From positions 987,060 to 1,025,443 of the forward strand of contig NC_068993.1 of the NCBI RefSeq assembly GCF_001194135.2: DNA of 38,384 nucleotides. The letters run 5' to 3'. The stretch is from Octopus bimaculoides (lineage: Eukaryota). Within the stretch, counting starts at the first letter, position 1, and each line of letters begins with the position of its first letter. Positions 1 to 11,881 of the stretch are shown one piece after another. The translations under genes were made by a program, and so were the position numbers. The notes below the pieces were generated by a model. That model did no database searches. It was given only the letters and a program-made list of their open reading frames with translations, and was not told where the DNA came from.

Positions 1-55
<55 letters not shown>

Positions 56-589
56 TTGTATGCATGCACGAAAGGGCATGTGTAAGCATGAACGTGTGTG
101 TGTATATAAACATATACATATATGTATGTATGTATGTATGTACATGTGTAGGTGAGGGTTATTGGGGGAGAGTGGGGGGTTTGTAGTATAAACAAAACCA
201 GTAAAAGAACATGTTGTAATTGCATTAGATTTGGGTTTGAACAAGAGAAGATCAAGAAATGCCACTAATTGCTATCATTTAGCGAAAATTAAAGTTAGGG
301 AGATACAGTTTGAAATAAAACAAAGACGATGTTTTAAAAGATCTTTATTTTCTAAATTCCCTGACCTATGTTGTTGCTGTTGTTGTTAGGCTCTGCTTTC
401 CAAACCAGATCTTTTGTTATGACATATGCTTTGCAATTTATTGCAGAGAAGCTGGCTCTGGAGGAAATCTTCCTGCGATGCTAACGGTGCATGGCAATGA
501 TTCATGAATAGACAACAGCCTAACATACAACACCAAGCGATTTAGACTTTGAGAATAATGTTCTTCTGAATATAGAAGACTGAGGGCGG

Positions 590-1020
590 TGGCGATGGTG
601 GTGGCGATGGTGGTGGTGGTGGTACTGGCTGAAATGTTAGTGGTCTTAGCTCTGTGTGTGTGTGTCTTGTGTAGTGTTGGTGGTGGCAGGTGGTGGTGGT
701 GGTAGGTGGTGGTGGTGGTAGGTGGTGGTGGTGGCAGGTGGTGGTGGTGGCAGGTGGTGGTGGTGATGGTAATGTAGCAGAGTTAGTAGAAGTGGTTGTG
801 GAAGAGTTGTGGAAGAGTTGTGGTGGTTGTTGTTGTTCTTGTTGTTAGTGCTGATGGTGGTGTTAATTTGTGGTAGCATACACTGACAAATGGTAGTAGT
901 AGTGGTGGTGGTGGTAGTGTTGTTAAGAGTAGGGTGACGGGGAGGTGTCGATGGTGGTGGTATTAGCAATAGTAGTAATAGTAGTAGTGTTGGTGATGGT
1001 GTTGGTGGGAGTGGTGATGA
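590..1020. repeat. (GGT)n/(AGT)n compound trinucleotide array with higher-order units
   Basis: Recurrent GGTGGTGGCAGG and GGTGGTGGTAGG units, plus GTTGTGGAAGA x2. It explains the low-complexity 646..1041 ORF. Confidence 0.9.
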
Positions 1021-1137
1021 GTGCTCAATTATAGAGTGCACATGACTTAGCCTTTAGCACGGGGGACATAAACACAGTAGACATGTTTCAGACAGACATA
1101 CATTTAACTTGATAAACTCATTGTTGTTAGTGCCACA

Positions 1138-1302
1138 AAAAGCACCCACTACACGCAGTAAAGTGGTTGGCCCTAGGAAGGGCATTCAACCCCAGAAATC
1201 ATACCAAAGTGGACAAGGCTTGGTGCAGAGGTCTGGCTTGGCAGCTGCTGCCATACTGTCCAAATCTTACCAGCATGGGAAATGAACACAAAATGATGAT
1301 GA
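1138..1302 (+). mobile_element. SINE-like family A 3' portion
   Basis: aaaagcacccactacac...gtggttgg...aggaagggcattcaac...ccagcatgggaaatgaacac...atgatgatgat is the reverse complement of the family A tail at 19267-19440. Confidence 0.7.
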
Positions 1303-1563
1303 TACACACATTACATATATAGTGAGAAAAAGGAGACACTCAGAATTTTGGCTAATTCTTTATTAGCATTTTTGTTCATTTAACGAAGCTCTTCAATACA
1401 AAAATTAAAACCAAAATTATTTTGGTTTTGATTTTGTCTTGACAAGTTCGGAAAAAAAAAAAAAAGCCCCAAGGAAATCACTAATAAAGAACTATCCAAA
1501 ATTCTGACTGCCACCTTTTTCTCAATATACAATATCTGTACACAACTTCAAACTCTATACATG

Positions 1564-1599
<36 letters not shown>

Positions 1600-2673
1600 A
1601 GAGGTTTAATGAAATTATTGGTACAAGAAAGAACATTTAACTGTAAAGCATAAATTTTGAGAAAGTCTCTTTCACATCATGCAAGCATGGAAAGTCAGAC
1701 ATGAAAATAATAAGCATTTGAGAAATAATAACAGAGATGATGATTTATTTAAACTTGTGATGCTTTCTATAACTGACCATTTATGCTGCCTACAAGACTG
1801 AGATTGTCTTCAAGTTCTTCATGGCCAAAAATGGAATGGAACATGAAAATAACAGAAACAGGGAATAGTAGTAAAGTAAGAAATGACTCGTTTAGCAAAT
1901 GAGATGGATGGTTCTTCTTGATAACAGAATGGTAATTCACTTTAGAATTATTCTGCTACAGAATTATGATTTATATTCCCAGAACCAGTTACTGCATCCG
2001 TCTATTTGCTGGTCTCTATTGTAATTTATTTATTTAAAGCTAACATCACTGTTTAAATTGAAGCAGTACAAGATAAATCTTTTTTTAATTTGTGAAATCT
2101 TGAAACATATACAATATGAACATTAAAATGAAATTTCGAAAATAAAAGATTCTAAAGCTTGCAGATTATTGCTTTTCCAAGTGTTAATTTGTTGATTAAG
2201 AAATTTTGATGAAAATACTTAATTTAGTAAATTTTAGAAAATTCTTTAAAACATGGATTTTGATAGTGAAATTAAATTTTAAAAATAAATTAATTCAGAT
2301 TAGAAAATAAATGAAATAGATTAAGAATAATTATTGTTACTATTTGCTAGCGTCATCTTCTTAGAGTTTTGGTTTTTCTGTGTATAGCTGTTGCCCTTCT
2401 TGTATTATCAAGAATGGCGCTGCTAACAAAGATTACCATTTAATCTATGTAAATAATTAGATAATAAATATCTCTAAAATAGCATGACAATAATTATATG
2501 AAGAAGAAATGAAGAGTCGAGGAATGGAGAATGAAGACATCGTTCTGAAATCTCGTTAACTGAAGAGAATAAAATTATTAAAATAAATCAATGAATGTGG
2601 TGGGGTGCGGGGTGGGGAGATACAGAGATGAGAAATGGAGAAATAAAATAGTAGTAGTAGTAGTAGTAGTAGT

Positions 2674-2708
<35 letters not shown>

Positions 2709-4028
2709 CGGTGGCGGTGGTAGTGGTGGTGATAATAGAGGTAGCAGCAGCATTGTCAAGTCGACTATCTCAATTGCTAGACATAATAGAATTGCATTCA
2801 CAGATTAAATCTAATAGTTATGGCATCATATCCAATAATCGGTGCTGAAGCTAGCCATCAACAACCGCAACAATGGGATTCCTACTTTTCAAACATATTG
2901 GTCTGGGACTCAGAGAAAAGAATTGAAATGAAGAAAAGAATGAAGAATATAAAAGAAAGACTCTTCTGAATTGGAAAGTAATTTGAGAATCAGCGAAGTA
3001 AAAGAGATTTACAAAAATAAGTTGATGCTTGAACTGTAAAAATTAATCAGTAAGTTCAAGAGGGGGCATATTTCTTGTGACCTGTAGGCCACTCGGAAAC
3101 AAAAATATGAAAATAGAATTGCAATAACTCAAAGTCGAATAGAAAATACGAGCGAAGGGGATGTTGGGTGTGGAAGAAATGGACAATGAAAGACAAGTGT
3201 ATTTAGAATGAATCTCTTTCAAATAATGGACTGGAAACAGAACTGTGACAAGACTCACTGCAAGTAATTAAATGAAGCAATAATAATAACTATACGGTCA
3301 AATAAACTTCAACGAAAATATTAGAGTTTGAATGACGGTTTCAAACTGGCAGCTATTCTCATAGAAATTCTTTTTTTATAGAACACCAATTGCTAAGCTT
3401 TGAAATGTTGAAAAGCTGTGGTCTTTGTAATAAGATTACAGAATCTATAGAATTCTGACTAAAATAAATTCTGTTTCAATGAAAGGTTTTGACTTTTGGG
3501 TTGGTGTCTTTAAACTGCATGGAATCATTTCAAATAGATGAAGTTAATTCCTAAATTACTGATTCGTATTTTAACAGGTTTAATTGTATTTAAATTACAT
3601 CTAATACACACATACACACACACACACACAATATATGATAAATATATATATATATATATATATATGTATTTATGTGTGTGTGTGTGTATGTATATATATA
3701 TATATATATATGTGTTATTATTTAAACCAGTTTGATTTGGCTCCATGTGACTTAGAGTTTTGTAATTTCTCTCCCTTCCTGATAATTACACATCTCATTA
3801 ACACAATTTTTGCCCTATCCCCATTCTTATGTCTATTTCCATACATCTGCCATGTAACACACAACTAACTTTGCTACAACAATTCTAAGATAATTCTTCC
3901 ATTCTGCAATATTCTGTACAGAATCTAAATACAGAAGAACTGAGAAGTCTTTAAAAGTCAAAAATGATTTTATGACTTTTGATGCTAAATAATTGCTGAA
4001 ATTATTTAAAAAATCTCTATCATTCATT

Positions 4029-4145
4029 CTGTCAATCATTTGCCTCAGAATCCTTATTTCTGTCAATTGTTGTTCTTAAAAATTCCCCAAATCCTATCTT
4101 CTATCAATCATTATTGACATAACCTCTATCTTTATCAATCATTAA
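4029..4145 (-). promoter_or_regulatory. putative intronic enhancer: TALE-homeodomain (Pbx/Exd-Meis/Hth) motif cluster
   Basis: TGATTGACAG (minus, 4029-4038), TGACAG (minus, 4060-4065), TGATTGAT (minus, 4103-4110 and 4134-4141), TGACAT (+, 4115-4120). Motif match only. Confidence 0.35.
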
Positions 4146-5231
4146 TCCATTTCAAAGTTTCTTACACATTTTCAAGACAGGGATTATATATAGTGTGATC
4201 TTGTTATTGAGGGAAACATGGCTGCTGTTTCTTCAATACTTCAAAACCACATACAAGCTCTTTCATTGACCAACAAGTATTATTTTCTAAATAAAACCAA
4301 ACAATGGCAGGAAAGGTCTGTGAGAGGCTCAGCTTCTCTCAAATTATATCGGGGCAACAAGAATCTTTAGTAAATGACATTTAGTAAGAGAACTGTGTGT
4401 ATCATGTGATGTCAACGGTCTAAAATCACATTGTGTGAAGTGTTTAAAGACAATGAATAGAAAACCCCTTCATGGCATGTGGAGTTTATCACAAAAGCAG
4501 CTGCTTTATTCTGTTTTTTAAAGAGGTTTATTTTTGTTTTTGTTTTTGTTTTTTCATCTGGGTTGCAAAATTTGTGATATGAATTCATGCGTGAAAGAAA
4601 TTTTGTTGTTTTCCTGAGAGGATCGTTGCACCTATAATAATGGTGTGATGACCCACCCTAGAAAACAACAAAGAAGTTTATTTGTTTTTAAGAAAACTAC
4701 TTATATTGATGTCACAGGAATAAATTTCAAGCATCTTTAGAAGAGCAGACAATGTTCCTAGATTCTGAATGGTTTCAGAATAATTACCGATATTCAGTAA
4801 AGATGTCACATAATGCCAGAAAGATTTTGTTGCAGGCTTTTGTTGAAAGGGACTTCCTTATTCAACAATTATTGCTATCTCTAGAGATATTTTCTATTCT
4901 ATCTATTAACCTGAAACATTTAATATTATTTTCAATGTGTGTGTATGGGGGGGGGGAGCTGATAGCGTTGATGGTGGGGGTGAGTGATGAGGGCGCTGCT
5001 GTAGGTGTGTGTCAAAGAAAAACATTAGTAAATATCCTATGAAACACACTGGAAAGTAATTTACTTTGGTAGAAAACTGTATCTTGTAATCAGTCCAATG
5101 ATAATTGATGTGATATAGTAATAGGTGGGGTGGGGGGGGGATGGCGGAGGGAAGAATTAATGTTGTCACAATGTAAGAAATTCATCATTGACCAACCATT
5201 ATCAACTTATTGCATTTTCCTTACGCCTCAC

Positions 5232-5243
5232 CTTTGTCCTTCT
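5232..5243 (-). CDS. dac: candidate 12-nt frame-preserving microexon of dachshund (adds EKDK)
   Basis: Minus strand reads aacttaatgacttgcctttgcag|AGAAGGACAAAG|gtgagg: branch-point-like CTTAAT, UGC at -11 to -9, AG acceptor and a strong GTGAG donor. In phase 1 after the 13912 donor it reads G|AG AAG GAC AAA G = E K D K, continuing the acidic/basic tract. No transcript evidence is available. Confidence 0.55.
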
Positions 5244-5502
5244 CTGCAAAGGCAAGTCATTAAGTTGGAGCGGGTGACAGTTCTTCGATCGACTGGCGTT
5301 ATTGTGAACAAGAACATACTTATCGAGTTTGGTAGATAAAATTTTGTAGTTCTTAAAACAAACTGATGCATCTTGAAATATTGGTGAAACAGGAATAAAC
5401 CAGTTCTGAGAGGATGCCAGCAGTGATTGCAGTCTTGCTGATAGTTGACACCACAGCTTCTGATCAAACTTCGATAGCAACACATGATCGATACCAATAT
5501 GA

Positions 5503-5535
<33 letters not shown>

Positions 5536-5602
5536 CTAAGAAACATACACTTATACGTAAAGCGATGCATTTACATTATATATATATATATATATATATA
5601 CA

Positions 5603-6491
5603 TAGGGTGTGATGGGTAAATTGTGGCCATTTTATATTTTTAATTTTATACATGCACATTGTTTGTTTTTGATTTTGTCGACTACACAGTATAGTAGGGT
5701 CCGTTGGGCACCGTCTGTTAGAAAAACATCACCATGACACAATTCACTGTGCCGGAAGTTTGGAAACGACATACTGTACTGCTTGGCATTCATGTCAGAA
5801 GCTCCAGTACGAACATTTCAGAGTGTTTAGGTGTCAACCTGAGGACAATGCAGTCCGAGGACATATACTGAGAGTGATAGAAATCAAACATCCAGTCAAC
5901 ATCATGGTGTTTGGGGTGATCGCTAGTGATAGCGACATTATGCCTCCATTCAACTTCCCACACAGTCTCAGACTCAACAGAGAGGCCTACATCAAGTACC
6001 TGGAGGAGGTAGTGCTGCCCTGGGTCAAGAGAGTAACTGCTAGAAGATCCTGTGTCTGGCAACAGGACTCTGCACCATGCCGCACAAGCAGGGGAACCCA
6101 GTCATGGCTGTCTAACAATTTCTGCAACCACATCACCCCTAACATCTGGCCACCTAACTCCTCAGACTGCAACCCCCTTCATTATGATGTGTGGGGTGCA
6201 GTTGAGCAAAGAAACCCAAAAAACTCCTTGTAACACCAAAGATGAACTGAAGGCAAGGATTATGGCAGCATTCACCAACTTAAACAAGGAGACCGTCCAG
6301 AAGAGTTGCAGGGAATTGCAAAGTCTCCTGGAGGCCGTGGTTGAAGCCAATGGCGATTTTATTGAATAAATTTACTCTTTAATATTTCAAGATATTTTTT
6401 GTAATTTTGGTAAATATATCTGTTAAAATGAGATGTCGGCATTATTTTCATTTTTGTGTAATTTAGACGACAATATATTCACTGCACCCTG
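5603..6491 (+). mobile_element. Tc1/mariner DNA transposon relic, DD37D (maT)-type, internally deleted
   Basis: Degenerate TIRs: left TAGGGTGTGATGGGTAAATTGTGGCC and right (reverse complement) CAGGGTGCAGTGAATATATTGTCGTC, both embedded in TA runs. An N-terminal HTH-like remnant from ATG 5734 (MTQFTVPEVWKRHTVLLGIHVRSSSTNISECLGVNLRTMQ) is fused to the catalytic C-terminal half. Confidence 0.85.
5734..6369 (+). pseudogene. frameshifted, truncated DD37D transposase
   Basis: Motifs KHPVNIMVFGVI, VWQQDSAPC, WPPNSSDCNPLHYDVWG, then a frameshift into NTKDELKARIMAAFTNL...EAVVEANGDFIE*. There are 37 residues between the QQD aspartate and the NPL(D>H)Y position, so the third catalytic Asp is mutated to His. 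The first Asp region is deleted. Confidence 0.85.
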
Positions 6492-6714
6492 TATATATAC
6501 ATATGCAGAAAGAAGAGAGAGAGAGAGAGAGAGAGATAGAAAGAGAGAGAGAGAGAGAGAGAGAGATAGAAAGAGAGAGAGAGATAGATAGAAAGAGAGA
6601 GAGAGAGAAAGAGCTATACACATAGAAACTCACAGAAACACACACACATGCACACACACATCTATAAATACACAGAGAAATACATATTTACATGAAAATC
6701 ACACACACACTTAT

Positions 6715-6766
<52 letters not shown>

Positions 6767-8253
6767 CAGGCATATATTTACAACCTTCTTCTACAAAAGA
6801 GTCCTTATTTATAAATTGTTAAATTTCTAACCTCGTCTCTTGAACATGATCACAATATCAGATAACTATAGGAAGGAAAAAATTAAACTGAGAGCTTGTC
6901 AACATTTTTTTTTTNNNNNNNNNNNNNNNNNNNNNNNNNNNNNNNNNNNNNNNNNNNNNNNNNNNNNNNNNNNNNNNNNNNNNNNNNNNNNNNNNNNNNN
7001 NNNNNNNNNNNNNNNNNNNNNNNNNNNNNNNNNNNNNNNNNNNNNNNNNNNNNNNNNNNNNNNNNNNNNNNNNNNNNNNNNNNNNNGGGGTGGGGGGACA
7101 GAATTCCTCTCCCCTCATACCACACCTGTCCCCACAAAAATTCCTTTTTAATTTCCATTCTTTATGACTCTTTGTATTTTACAACCCATCCATCCACCCA
7201 CCCACTCACCCCTTTCACCACACAAAACTACGAGGACATAAAAAAATAACAAAATCAACTTATAATAATAATAATAATGATAATAATAATAGGAAAATAA
7301 AAGTGAAATATCATAATCTGTTTTTTGATATGATATCTCGAATATCTAGCAGGAAAGATAAGCGTGGTGTATATAATATTGTTAAGAGATGTTGTGATAT
7401 ATAGTACAGTGTTCTCTAATGTATGGCCAAACCAAAATGATAGCTCAAAATAATAATGTGTTGACAGAATAAAAGCAAACAAACAAAATCCATTATTTTA
7501 TTGGTGGGATATCAATCGGTCTTTCTGTCTTTGATTTCATTTGTAGTTTTTTTTTTTTCCTTTAATATTTTTTTTTTTTTTTTAAATAAATGATTCTGAT
7601 AGGAAAGTTTTATAAAATTAAAATTGTTGTTTGGCATATCGCTGAGTCAACACAATACTGTTGTAGTCTGGTTTATGGCCTTGTCTTCTTTCTTTTTTTT
7701 TTTCTGTTTACTTTTGTTTATTTGTTGGTTTTTCATGTTTGAAAGAAAAAAGAAAACAAAAAAAACCAAAGAGATATGGCATAATGTTTGGTAATGATAA
7801 CTTGTTCACAACAAACAATAGGGAAAGCACAATACTTTTTCAGTGTCTAAAAATTAAATTGGTCAACTGAAAGAAATAACAATATGGTTTATGGGTCTCC
7901 TTTTTTTTTAATCATCATCATCATTATCAGCATCATTATCAATGCAAGCATCACTGTCGTTGTCATCATCATCATCATCAACATTAGTTTTATTTTCAAT
8001 ATTATCATAAATTTACATGTTGAGAAAGACATATTTCATACGATGTCCTCTGTAACTTTTATTAACCAACTTTTATACACTGATTACTGCAGATATAAAA
8101 AGTCTGTCTGTGTAGAGACATATATATATATATTTGTGTGCATGTGTGTATATGTGTGTGCTCATAGATAAACATCAACTATTCTTTCAAATACTAACTT
8201 AATGACAGAATGTTCATAGGGAGTGGGTGTATATATACATACATGCCTGTATG

Positions 8254-8295
<42 letters not shown>

Positions 8296-8363
8296 GTGGG
8301 GTTACTGTGCGTATGTATATATATATATATATACACACATAATAACCCCTGAATTCTCATGCC

Positions 8364-8406
<43 letters not shown>

Positions 8407-8457
8407 TAATATACCAGCCAATGTACGCCACAAGCCCAAAAATGTCTGGCTTCCTAT

Positions 8458-8486
<29 letters not shown>

Positions 8487-8489
<3 letters not shown>

Positions 8490-8720
8490 ATGGTCGCACT
8501 GAATCATAAAATTCCTTAGGATCTTTGCATTATCATTTTCGATGATGCCTCCAGGTTTGTGGTCATACCAATTTTTTGTTCTGTCAAATCCATATTTGTT
8601 GCAAAGTATCCAATGGACAAGCCTGGCTATATTGCATATAGCCTTGCTATATGACCACCAGGCTGGGTCACATGACCATCAAACTGCATCACATGACACA
8701 ATACATTGTCAGTCTTGCCA
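8487..8720 (-). mobile_element. R4/Dong-like RLE-type non-LTR retrotransposon, 3' ORF fragment
   Basis: Minus-strand translation gives ...KTDNV [insertion] IARLVHWILCNKYGFDRTKNWYDHKPGGIIENDNAKILRNFMIQCDHE. This matches, from memory, the R4/Dong pattern RHDNVARxxHWxLCxKYG...WYxHxPxxVxENxxxKILWDFxIQxDH. It is cut off by a (GA)n run and may extend to about 8890. Confidence 0.8.
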
Positions 8721-9011
8721 CAAAAAGAATTCTGCCATGCAAGAGCCTACAGTTGACTGTCAGAATACCCAGAAATTGTCCTAGAAACCATTTTGGTCAA
8801 TGAAAAAACAGGCTGCTAGAGGATGACTACTGAAATACCTCTTGCCAGTCTTGGCATCGGAAGTTCAGTGAACCAAAGCTTGGTCCATTGGAAATCTATA
8901 ACCATCAATATTATTGTTCATTGATGCATAACATTAGCATGGCTAATATAATAAACATGTGTGGTGGTGGGTGACTGTGAGATTGGGAGAGAGGAAGAGG
9001 AGAGGTGAAAT

Positions 9012-9053
<42 letters not shown>

Positions 9054-9444
9054 TATCTATATTAAATGATTCACTCCCAAATATCTCCTCTGACCCACCA
9101 CAACTCAACAAAGATCTCCAAAAAAATAAGTTGTTCACACACAATCAAAATTATTCAACATTCTGAATTCACATATTTTTTACACACGCACAGACACACA
9201 CACATCCTGCATGCGTATATATGTATAAATGTATATGTATGCATTAATAACTATTATGTTAGTGTCAATGAGGAATACAGTATTAATGTGTATGTGCATG
9301 TGTTCGTGTGTGTGTACGTGTGTGCGTGTATGTGTATGAGGTGGTGTGTAGAAGTAAGATTCTATCAACAACTCAAAACTTTGTTGAAATTTTCCTGAAT
9401 ACACAACTATTTTTCAGATAAACACAATAATCACTTATCTGCAA

Positions 9445-9491
<47 letters not shown>

Positions 9492-10042
9492 TTTCTTTAT
9501 GATAATAATGATGATGATGATGATAACTTTTCTCTCATTTTTGTGTATTTTATAGAAACAGCTAAGTGAGATTTATCTTATGGTTGAAGAATTGAAAGAT
9601 GTATATGTGTATATATGTGTATATATGTGTGTGTGTGGGGGGGGGTGTACATATGTATTTGAGGAAGTTGGAGGAAGTTCTCTTTGAGAGTATGTAAGTG
9701 GTAAAATACAAGATGGTCATATTTGGAGAGGAAAAGGTGTCAGTGTTGCTGTTGGTGGTGGTGGTGGTGGAAGAGTTTTGAAAGAAGTCATCTCCAATGA
9801 TTTAAGAGGCATTAGGTAAGGTTACTTCAGGGGGCAACTAACACAGGATGTTAGCATAGCTTTTATAAACAGCAACTTCTGCTCTGAGAACTGGAAGAGA
9901 AAATGTACATATATACATGCATACATACATGCATACATACATACATACATACATACATACATACATACAAACATAAATATACATAAGCATTTATAGATAA
10001 ACTCACTCACAGATATATGTATCTCTCTTTCTCTCTCTCTCT

Positions 10043-10081
<39 letters not shown>

Positions 10082-10368
10082 CACACATGCACATACATCA
10101 ATATGTATGTATCTATACTGTAATATATTTATATATACATTCAAAATATATACATATTAATTATAAAAACTCAAACATATATNNNNNNNNNNNNNNNNNN
10201 NNNNNNNNNNNNNNNNNNNNNNNNNNNNNNNNNNNNNNNNNNNNNNNNNNNNNNNNNNNNNNNNNNNNNNNNNNNNNNNNNNNNNNNNNNNNNNNNNNNN
10301 NNNNNNNNNNNNNNNNNNNNNNNNNNNNNNNNNNNNNNNNNNNNNNNNNNNNNNNNNNNNNNNNNNNN

Positions 10369-10408
<40 letters not shown>

Positions 10409-11082
10409 TATATATGTATATGTGTGTGTGTGTGTATGTGTGTGTGATGTGGATCATCGTCGTATCTCTGATGAAACACAACTTCTGACATTTAAGATGT
10501 ATATATAATAGTGAGTGCCATGGAGGTGCAGTAAGAGGAGGAGGGGGACTAAGAAGAAAATGAAGAAGAAGAAGAAGAAAGTGGAAGGGGAAGAGGAAAA
10601 CGGAAACTGCAAATACATTTCTAGAAATATCCAGTGAGTGTATATACATGGGGTGGGGGTGTGGGGAGGGGGTGGCAGTGAGATAAGGCCAGCATGGTAG
10701 TGGAGGGGGGTGGGGGCCCCTAGTTTACATATGTCAGTCTCGATCATCTCCATTGCAATGTTTATAATAAAATAAAACTATTGAAATAATTTTGGTTCTG
10801 TGTTTCTTCAACAGGGAAAAATGTTTAAAAAACCCCAAAGAATTTCGTTTTAGTTTACCTTTCTCTACATTCTACAAAAATCTGTTACTTTTAAAAAAAT
10901 AGGAATTAATGTAGAAAGGAAATGAAAATCAACTTGATGAAGGAAAATGAAAATAATTATTTAAAATAAGTTTATTTTAACGAAATATTTAAGGAGGCTA
11001 ATTTATAAATGTTGTTTAAATTTGCGGTTTATTAACAAAATTATGTTAAAAAAACAGTATGAGTTTAGAAAAAATTCTTTGT

Positions 11083-11261
11083 AATTTTGGTACAAGGCCA
11101 TTCCTTTTAAGGAGAGAGGCTAGTTGAATGCATCAACCCCAGTATATGGTTGGTAAATGGTTTATTGATGCTGAGAGGGTGAAATTGTAACATCAACCTC
11201 AGCAGAATTTGACCTCAGAAGGTAGAATGGCACAATAACCATTCTGCCAGTGCACTGCCTT
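11083..11261 (-). mobile_element. SINE family B copy, diverged
   Basis: Reverse complement AAGGCAGTGCACTGGCAGAATGG...CTGAGGTCAAATTCTGCTGAGGTTGATG...TACTGGGGTTGATG...GGCCTTGTACCAAAATT. Confidence 0.7.
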
Positions 11262-11589
11262 TATAACAACAACAACAGCAACAACAAATTATAATAATAA
11301 TATCCACTGGCCATATACTTTCAAAGAACATAAGAAATAAATGATCCCTTATGTCTTAGTTAAAAACAGATAAAGGTAAGTGACAGTAAGAGCACCTTGC
11401 TGTTGAATATCTCAATAATATATTCATCTAACCCACACTAGTTTAGAGAAATAGATGTAGAAATGAAAGCACATAGACACACACTCCCTTGGATATTGGT
11501 GTATATCAATACTTAAAGCTGGTGTACAGTTTAGTGTACCTCACTCTTTTTAAATGGCACTGTATGTGGATTTTAAAAATCTTTCACTC

Positions 11590-11642
<53 letters not shown>

Positions 11643-11860
11643 CATGCATTCTTTGCAAAACCAATTACATATGTGTCAGTAATAAATATATCGAAATATG
11701 TACTTGAAGAATCATAGTTACGGTAATTCATTCTTTGAAAGAGAAGAAAAAAAATTTGAAGGAAAAGACGGCCATCCTGAGCCTAAGATGAAGTTATTTA
11801 TGTTAAACAAGGGATTATATATTGATGGAAGGTGGTGGAGTGGTGGTGGTGGTGGTGGGG

Positions 11861-11881
11861 GGGTTAGGGTTAGGGTTAGGG
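11861..11881 (+). repeat. interstitial telomere-like repeat GGG(TTAGGG)3
   Basis: gggttagggttagggttaggg follows a (GGT)n/G run. Confidence 0.8.

Noticed and set aside
646-1041. 131-aa His/Pro/Thr-rich ORF; likewise the poly-Ala/Val/Leu ORFs at 2556-2848 and poly-N/I/Y ORFs at 26915-27182
   Set aside because: These are translations of trinucleotide microsatellites with no splice or homology support.
3043-3092. Possible terminal exon after cctacag| (FLFPSG...VTRNMPPLELTD*)
   Set aside because: It would end the protein before DD2. The FLFP resemblance to DACH lies on the intronic side of the AG and is probably chance.
5202-5570. 122-aa and 98-aa minus ORFs ending near the GTGAG donor at 5231
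   Set aside because: No similarity to Dachshund or any family I recognise, and they start in (CA)n. The signals are better explained by the 12-nt microexon.
9820-9900. Minus-strand acceptor ttttctcttccag with a downstream gtaacc donor
   Set aside because: In-frame stop in phase 1 and a weak donor.
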